DNA of 63,329 bases, the filler included, from Cercozoa sp. M6MM (taxonomy: Eukaryota > Protista > Endomyxa: Ascetosporea): assembly GCA_040357565.1 (NCBI GenBank). It is 7 parts of 7 records of this genome, joined end to end, with 100 filler letters (N's around TTAATTAATTAA, not from the genome) between each part and the next. Parts side by side here need not be neighbours in the genome. Positions count along the whole stretch, not along the records: positions 53,101 to 61,769 come from JBDODJ010000519.1; positions 61,870 to 63,329 come from JBDODJ010002022.1; 5 more parts are not named here. One strand, written 5' to 3'. Each line of letters starts with the position of its first letter. Positions within the stretch are counted from its first letter, which is position 1. A model generated the notes under the pieces. That model was not told the DNA's origin and did not search any database. It was given only the letters and a program-made list of their open reading frames with translations. The translations under genes and the position numbers were made by a program. Of the stretch, positions 55,700-63,329 are shown in pieces.

Positions 55700-57047
55700 A
55701 GGTTCGTATACCGGTGCTTGCACAAGCGTGAGCGGTTTGTGCAGGAGCAAGAAGGCCGCAGCGAGAATGTAGAAGTGCGAGTAGAGGCACACAACGACGT
55801 CAACAACAACGTTGCCGCTGGAGAAGATGCTGCTGCGGGCGCTGCGGGCGCTGCGGCCGAGTACGAGATTGCGTGCGTGATTCCCGAAGTGCCTGCCACA
55901 TGTTGCAGCACACAGTGGTTGCATTCGAGGCACTGGCGTCCGGTTATGTTGCAGCACATGCTGCGACTGCCATTGATGACGACGCCGGCGTTTCTCTCGG
56001 ATCGCTCGAACCAGTGGATCGCCTTCTTGGACGCCGTGAACGGAAGAATCGTTGCGCCGCGCATGTCGATGTTGGAAACGCGTATCACATCGATCAATAA
56101 CGTCAAATGGCTCGTGCTCGTCACGGCTTGCTTGTGCATCGTGATTCCGATGATTCTTGTGCTGCCATTGGTGGTACAGTCCAGCTCTCTTCTTGTGTGT
56201 TGTTTCTCCTGTGTGTGCTGTGAGATTGCCCTGCCCACTTGTCGCAGGTTCTCGTCGTTTTCAGTGTGCGAAGAATTGCCGCCGAACAGAACCAACTTCT
56301 TGTGGTATCCTAATAAAGTCTTTATCATTCACCGAGTTTGAACACACCTTTGGTCCCTACAGGAAGCAGACACGGCTCTGCAGCAGTGCAGTGCTGACTT
56401 TGAGCAGCAGAAGAGTCTGCTTCTTGCGCAGCATGGCCTTCCAGACCTGGACATTCACCTCTCCTTGTGAGTTTGCCCTTCCTGTTTGCCTGTGCCTTCT
56501 TGCCTTGTGTCACGTTGCTTATTGTGTTGCTCGTGTTGGCAGTGTCGATTGGACGCCTGCTCCAGTGTGGCGGCAAGCTTGCGCACTGTCACGTTTCCTA
56601 GTTAACCCGGGAGAGCCGAAAGTTCCGCTGTGGTTTCCGACTGGGCCGCTCGCCTCTGCAGGTACTACAGTTTAATCTTCCTCCTTCGTTGTCTCGCTTC
56701 TCTACGCCTTTTTGTTTTTTGCTGTAGGCTTGAAGTTGTGTCTCAACAATTCCTACCTGGAGGAAGAGGTCGAAGGCGAAGGTGTGCGCAGACAAGTTTC
56801 GCCCGCAGCTCCGGTCGAACCACTGGCGCCACTGCAGCAGCCGATCCTGCGCATCGTGCAACCGAGTGCTCCTGTTGCACCTGTGCAAAGTGTGAACCCG
56901 TACCAGCAGTACTCGTACCCGCCCGGCGCAGGCTACCACGGACAGGCTCAGCAGCTGCCGCCGGCTCCCGGGCAGGCATTTGTCGGTCAAGCACCAGGTC
57001 CGTACACCGGTAACGGCGTCGGAAGCTCGTCAACCAGTGTTAACTGA
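55700..57047 (+). CDS. Hypothetical membrane protein with a hydrophobic hairpin and a Pro/Gln/Tyr-rich tail; start unresolved
   Basis: PAFLSDRSNQWIAFLDAVNGRI followed by WLVLVTACLCIVIPMILVLPLV|VLVVF. Last exon ...PYQQYSYPPGAGYHGQAQQLPP...*. Loosely Erf4/Golgin-A7-like (inference only). Confidence 0.55.
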
Positions 57048-58028
57048 ACTGATTCGACCGAACGTTTAAATTTAGTACTTGTTACAGCATGATCTACTGT
57101 ATCTGCGCGTAAGCCATTTTTATACTTAAACTTACCGTACGTACAAATAACGTCAATAGAGATGTGGAAGTTATTGACGTGTGTTCGCTGGGAAGCATTG
57201 AGCAAGCTTTTTGCAGCTGAACTCAAAGAAGGGCTCTCTCGACCAAAGGCTCTTCTTTCTTTGACGGGTGACTTTCCCTTCCACCAGTGCTTTGCCGCCC
57301 AACTGAACCGTTGGGGTGCTCACTCTTTCAAACTGACACTTGGCCACTCTCCCTCCAAGAACAGACTTTCTTACGCTCCTCAGTTTTTTGTATCACTGGC
57401 AAAGTACCCTCAATTTACCTAGTTCTTTGATACAGGCGACCAGTTGAGCAAAAGACAAAGAAGAGATAAGAGTTTGTGGCTCTGTTGTGATTGGGCCTGC
57501 GAGAGAAAACCTCATCTACTCTGCTTGACATCAGCTGGCCAGTTGCTCTGCAGTCTGTACTCATATTCACTTTGAAGAAGACGTAACTAACTATAGCTAC
57601 GCGTACGTATACATTACGTTCTGCCATCGAAATCATGGTTAAATTTATATCTGTCGTCACATCTCATCACTGTCATGTTACATGTTCTGTCGGCACATCT
57701 CATCACTGTCCATTATGGAACTGGGCCGACCGCAATCGCGGTGTTCGGTTCATGTTTAGTCAGTTTCGTCGATACTGTACCAATTTCGATTCAGTTCCAG
57801 TCAAAGTCGACTGCAGACTCAGACCTTTGCGCAGTGCCTCCTTTTTCGTTAAAAAACCGACTCGGCGTCGTCGAGGGAAAACGATTCCATGAGCGACGAG
57901 TGGGAATCGACACTACCTGGCGAACGCCGTGCCGAAGTCATCACGCGCTTTGCCAGCGACGCAGCTTGCTCCTTCAAACAGAATAGCATCCATCATTTAC
58001 ATTGGTTATATGACGCGAATAATGCGAA

Positions 58029-59587
58029 TCAAATAACCCTGTCATCGCCGACACAAGACCAGACGTGAGGGCCTGGGTGCAACTGGAAGTCTCCGTCGTC
58101 TTGGCCAAACGCGCTTTCGTCAAAATCAAAGTCGTCAAAGTCGCTGTCGATGACGAACCCGTCAAAGTCGTCGTCAAAAGAACCGCCGGCGTGCGTATGG
58201 ACGGTACGGCTCATGTGCTCAGGAAACAAGTTGCACATCTGGTACCAGGTGCGTCTCGCCTTGTCGAAATGGTGCTCCAGCACAGCATGCAGCTGCGGCT
58301 TTTGTGTCTAAATTTACATGCTATTCCAATTTATGGTAAAGCTCGACGAAAGTTAATTTCGGGGACTGCACCTCGTCCGCTTGTCGAGGTGCGTCTCTGT
58401 CACGTGGAATGCAATGTGAGGGTAGCCTCCTTCTCTTTGCAGGTCTGACATTATAGCTCACGTTTTTCGATACAGCACCAACACCAGCCAAGGGACACGA
58501 TTGTTCTCACCTGCAGGGTCGGGACGTTTCGCAAGCGCTGTCAGCAGAATATCGGCGCAGTCAGCCATTCGACTGTCCACCTGCCGCCAGTCTGCACGTA
58601 CTAAATACATCCATCACCACACTTTGGGCCAGAGGCCAGACCTAAATACCGACAGAACGCTCGAGGTCTTGGATTTCCTTGTCAGTCAGGGTACTACTGT
58701 CACCGTTTAACTCACCCGCCAGCAGCATTTGCCGGCTCACCTCACCTGCGACCTAAGCCCAGTCACGATGTAAATCAATTTAATATAGCTTGGCGTTAAT
58801 TTATCTTACGAAATGCTGTTTCATAGTGCTTGACAAGTAGGTCAACGCCGACACGGGAGAATCGGCCTGTTACGTTAGCAGCACCTTCAAGTTTGCAAAA
58901 AATAGCGAGGTCGATCCTTGAAGCATACCTGAACCAGCGGGTTGAGTGCGCGTAGCTTGCCTCTGTCGGTGTGATTTGCAATGCACTCGACCTGGATGGT
59001 CCAGTGGTAAGATGCAAGAGTTTCGGGGTTCACGTAACAACTAAAACGTACCATATCGGGCTCTGCGTGAAAACACGCATAGTGCATGCTTGCAAGTCCT
59101 TGTCGATTTCTTTGCGCCACCAACTGAGGCAACAACAGAGAGTGAATCCACTCCCAAGTGCTTCAATATAGGCACATACATTAGGTTTGGCGCCCAGCAG
59201 AACGTTCATTGTGCTGACGCGGTTGCTGATCGCCGCCATATGCACCGGTTGCAACATGGCTACGAGAGAGACTAAATTTTACTCATGCCAATTACACTCT
59301 TTTGAGATGCGAGTACCTGGTTCGTCGCGCGCATAGGCAGCGCCGAAACGAAGAAGTACTTGGAGTGCCTCAACGCGACCTTCTACTACAGCCAGTTCCA
59401 GTGCTGACAGACCCCTCTACACGGTTGCACGGTTTCTTCAGTTAATTGATAGGAGCAACGAAAGCAAGACACTGTATTGCGAGTCAAGTACCTCACGAAA
59501 CTCGACTTTGTGCAGAGGAACTCGTTGCAGCAGCAACCTTAATTCGGGTATCCTGTTCTGATGCACCATTTTATGCAACAGCGACAT
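58029..59587 (-). CDS. Ankyrin-repeat protein with an acidic Asp/Phe-rich C-terminus
   Basis: PVHMAAISNRVSTMNVLLGAKPN; RNRQGLASMHYAC; last exon ...SFDDDFDGFVIDSDFDDFDFDE...*. Confidence 0.7.
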
Positions 59588-59922
59588 TTTCCAACCCGTT
59601 TTTTCCTACGAAATGCCGAATCAAAAAGTGCCAAATCTCTCAGTCTAAGCAATCAAATCCTACCACAGGCTGTGATTCAATCGTTTTACTCCTAAGGACG
59701 TAAAATTAACTCAATCAAAGCAGAAACAAGCAGTTTTCAGGCTGTTTTTTGACTGGCGTTTTTCCTGTTTGAGTTGTCTTCGATTTGACTCGACAAATCA
59801 ATCACGGTCTGCGACATTTAACTGAATAATGCACGGTAATACTACGCAATGCCAAGCCACGTGGGCAGCCAATTTGAATGAATACGGATGGCCACACCCA
59901 CAAAGCTGATGCTGCACTATAG

Positions 59923-60098
59923 TGACACCATTAACATCGACTTCGATGTCTGGGGAACGTCAAAAGGGGAGTTGTATGGTCCTACCCTAAGCGGGCGGTA
60001 GACACGGCCATGCTCTTATGACCCACCCCAGACTGGTGCAGGGGAACTACATTGTTGGTTTCCTAGAAGAGTCAACTAACTAACTGACACCATTAACA
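59923..60098. mobile_element. 148-bp SINE-like or 5'-truncated non-LTR insertion with a 14-bp target-site duplication
   Basis: TGACACCATTAACA at 59923-59936 and 60085-60098. The insert ends in a short (CTAA) repeat tail, CAACTAACTAAC, and contains the inverted repeat GTCTGGGG/CCCCAGAC. Confidence 0.6.
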
Positions 60099-60148
60099 AA
60101 ATCTACGTTAACAAAAAATCCAGCCGAGCTGCGTACTAACGAAAGACT

Positions 60149-61209
60149 TTAGCGACTGTATCGCGTTCGCATGAACTTGAAGTTGAGCTGCATCATGCCG
60201 CGATCGAATCGCGCCTCAAAGCCAAACTTTTTGTGCGTGTCCCATTCCTGCAGAACAAGAAAGGCCTTGTGCTTGTGTTCTGCCAAACCAACCGCCAAAC
60301 CAAACTGAGAGAGGGAATTACCTTGTTGACAATCTTGAACGCAACGTCGAGATATGGTGGCTACAAAGGCGCGTTCGTACACAAAGCACAACAGGCCAAG
60401 AGAAGCACAGAGCACAGCGTACGCCAGCACGGAAGCGCAAGATGCAGAAGTCCGGGTCATCTTTGCAGACCTTGACGTCGTACTTGGGCGGCACCGACGG
60501 GTTCAGCAGGTCCGGGTAGAAGAGCTTGAACTTGTAGCCCACCACGACCTAACCAACACAAGTATTAACAGTGCTGCCCTTGCAATGGCAATGATGCAAA
60601 AGGTTATTTTTGTATGGGGCTGACGGCACGTACCTTCGGAGGCGGCGTGTCCTTGTCGTAGTGCGCCTGGTTGTATCTGTTCCAGTCAAAGGCCGTACGC
60701 ACGCGCACCAAGAAGCGCGGCTTGCGTGCATGCAGTCGTCGCACCGCCTGCACACGCACACACAGAGGCATGTATGTCACAGACCCAGATTGCTTTACCC
60801 TCCTTTGAGAAGGCCTACCATGCGAGCAGCCGGGTCGTCGATGCGGCCGCCCTGAGTGTCGATGCGCGCCAACTCTTCGTCGGCCTGGAACAAGTGCTCG
60901 CCCTCCTCCAGTTCCGTGCGTGTGGCACTATCACATACACATACAGCCATGGGTGTTGGTGTGTGGGGCATCCTACATGTTGTAGATGTCATCGGCCGCC
61001 TGTCCCAGCGGACCCAAACGGTTGCTCATGCGGTGGATCTGCCGCAGCGACGCACCTGTCTGCCTGTGCGCTGGCAGCGACATGGCCAGCACTAACTCGC
61101 GGTGCCGCTGCCTGGCCTGTCGGACCAGTGCCTGCACACACACCCATATATACATACATATATATACTGATGGATATTAATTATATCTGTATACCTATTT
61201 ATATGATAC

Positions 61210-61247
<38 letters not shown>

Positions 61248-61769
61248 TGATTATACGAATATGTACCTGGGAGCGCGCCAGCTGCATGCGCTCGTCGAAG
61301 GCGTCGGGCGAGATGGCGTCGCGCAAGAGTTGGCGCCACTGCGACTCGCCTTCAGCCGTCGGTCGAAAGTGCTTGCGCGTCGTCTGCACCGGTCGCAGCG
61401 AGTAGTCACTGCCCTCAGTACAGATATGAATATAGATATAGATATGAATATAGATATAGATATGAATATAGATATAGATATGAATATAGATACACGAGAT
61501 CGGCAGGCCTGGCTTCTACCGGCTATTTGAAGAGGACAAAAAATAACATGAGCACGGAGGGGTGGGGGAAGGGGACTACCTCAGCCTTATCCTCGCTGGC
61601 ACTCCTCTCACTCTTGACCTCCTTCTTGATGGCGTCGCTCTGGCCGAGTTTCACGGCGCCGCTCATCTCGCGCAGGTTGCGCTTGCGCATCGCGAGCACC
61701 TGCTCCAGTCGGGGGGGGGGGTAAAGGGAGCAGGGGTGGAGGGCAAAGGACGCACCTGCTTCTGCCGTC
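60149..61769 (-). CDS. CACTIN: Splicing factor cactin (C-terminal part; cut by linker)
   Basis: KPRFLVRVRTAFDWNRYNQAHYDKDTPPPK|VVVGYKFKLFYPDL...FCILRFRAG|PPYLDVAFKIVN|EWDTHKKFGF..RFDRGMMQLNFKFMRTRYSR*. Confidence 0.95.
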
Positions 61770-62516
61770 NNNNNNNNNNNNNNNNNNNNNNNNNNNNNNN
61801 NNNNNNNNNNNNNTTAATTAATTAANNNNNNNNNNNNNNNNNNNNNNNNNNNNNNNNNNNNNNNNNNNNCCCCCCCCCCCCCCAGGTACCGGCCGAGTAT
61901 CTCGAAACGGCAGAGCAACTGTGCGGCGAGCTTCAGAACATGCCGGTACGTAGAGCACCCTTTACCCCCCTCACACACACACACTGATCCCCTGGCTCTA
62001 TAGACCACAACGGAACCTGCGGGCTCGGCTGCTTCTTTGGTAAAGCCTTTAAAAAATGATACAAATGCTAGACTCGACTCAACGGTGTGAGAGTGTGTCT
62101 GAGTGTGCTCACTGTTTAGGCGACCTCTATGGCACTGCTGCTGCCGTGCGTGCTGCTTCTTGTGGCCATTGTCGGTTCTAACTGAACTGAAAAAAATGAA
62201 AGTTCCAGTAGCCGTCAGTTAAACGGCAGTCTGATGGTTATAGTGTGTATCGGTACAGTGCGTAATAGTGTTACTGCCAACATCAATCAATCTACTTGAA
62301 TCGGATGTCTCCGCGCGGAAGCGCACAGCTCATATAGCTCAGTCCTATCTCGTCTATCCTACTCTTATCTTAAGTGTCCTAGCTTTGTCCTAGTGGTACG
62401 GGATCGACCCAGTTCAAAGAGGTCTAGACTCGAAGGCACTGTCGAAGCTTTCTAGACTTTCTGGCATCGTAGCTACGACCCGTCCTCAGGGGCATGGGAG
62501 AGCAAGTTCGGTCGGG

Positions 62517-62765
62517 CTACAAGTGACAGCCTGCCTGGCAGTCGCTGAGTTTTCGTTCGCAGGCGTTCAGATTTGCAGTTTCTACTTTTTTTCCCGGAGC
62601 GCTGCATCGCGAATAGCAACTCGCCAACTTGCCTCGGCAAACATCAAGTTTGTTTTCCCCTGTTGACTCGGGAGAGCCCTGGTAGAAAGTTTTTTGGCGA
62701 GATGCAGCGACATCGACCACAGAGCTGGCCAGAACACACAAGGCGAAGGCAGCAAGGAGCTTCAT
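62517..62765 (-). CDS. Small secreted cysteine-rich peptide (82 aa, intronless)
   Basis: MKLLAAFALCVLASSVVDVAA signal peptide. Two C-x6-C-x3-C units, CRGKLASCYSRC and CERKLSDCQAGC. Confidence 0.7.
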   Translation of the reverse strand: MKLLAAFALCVLASSVVDVAASRQKTFYQGSPESTGENKLDVCRGKLASCYSRCSAPGKKVETANLNACERKLSDCQAGCHL

Positions 62766-63284
62766 CGTCAAAGAAATTCTGCAGTAAAATCACACGAGTA
62801 AAATCCGGGAAAAAACTGGACTCAGTGTACCTCAGATGTTGGATAAGTGGGTGCTTGGAGGAGCCCAGAGTTTAAACAGGTGCAAAGTGAGAATGGTGAG
62901 ACACAGACACGTAAATTTACCTGTACTGTGCGAACACTGAAACACCGAACACGACCTCGTTGTGTCCGAGTTGCGTCGCGTTGACTGCGTCTGTTCGTTT
63001 GTTTGTTGTTGTTTATTACGTTTACTCGCTCTGTATCGATCATACAACAAACCTGTCTTGAAGCACCGCTTGACAGCAGAGAAGCGCTTACAGTTCGGGC
63101 ATGTCTTTACGTCCAGCAGCCACGATACTCATTTTCTTTTCTCAGGGGACTGAGTACCTTTGGTCACAGTACAGTAGCGCTTACTGTCGTCCAAGAACGT
63201 CCTATAATTAAATACTGTCGTCCGAGGATCTCGCTTTGCACTTTGAACAACAAAGGATAAGAGTACAAATAATGTGACACGTGT

Positions 63285-63329
<45 letters not shown>

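Noticed and set aside
57650-57710. 25-bp near-perfect direct repeat (also a 24-bp duplication at about 24537-24578)
   Set aside because: Simple local duplications with no element between the copies.

Overview
Eukaryotic nuclear DNA from a gene-dense, extremely intron-rich organism, probably a protist with an aerobic mitochondrion (complex I and M16 core-protein genes); the taxon cannot be fixed from this window. The window is not one molecule: six 100-nt N-TTAATTAATTAA-N linkers join separate contigs, so adjacency across them is not biological evidence. Most entries in the six-frame ORF track are spurious. The real genes appear only after removing GT-AG introns (mostly about 45-130 nt) by hand. 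Recognisable genes are Aquarius (AQR), an HXXEH-less M16 core protein, NDUFA2, two S8 subtilisins, an AN1 zinc-finger/UBL protein, DMAP1/Swc4, a Frizzled/Smoothened-like 7TM receptor with an apparent frameshift, a syntaxin, ankyrin and ankyrin-FYVE proteins, a P5A ATPase fragment, a SNF2 fragment, otubain and cactin. There are also a large type I surface protein and an intronless secreted 6-Cys peptide. The most unusual signal is intron architecture. Donors are weak (mostly GTAY). Introns deep inside long genes are filled with strand-biased (T1-3AC3-6)n repeats, palindromic-motif arrays or intron-private minisatellites, whereas short genes and 5'-proximal introns are plain. A 148-bp insertion with a 14-bp target-site duplication is also present. 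All gene models are manual and some ends are approximate.
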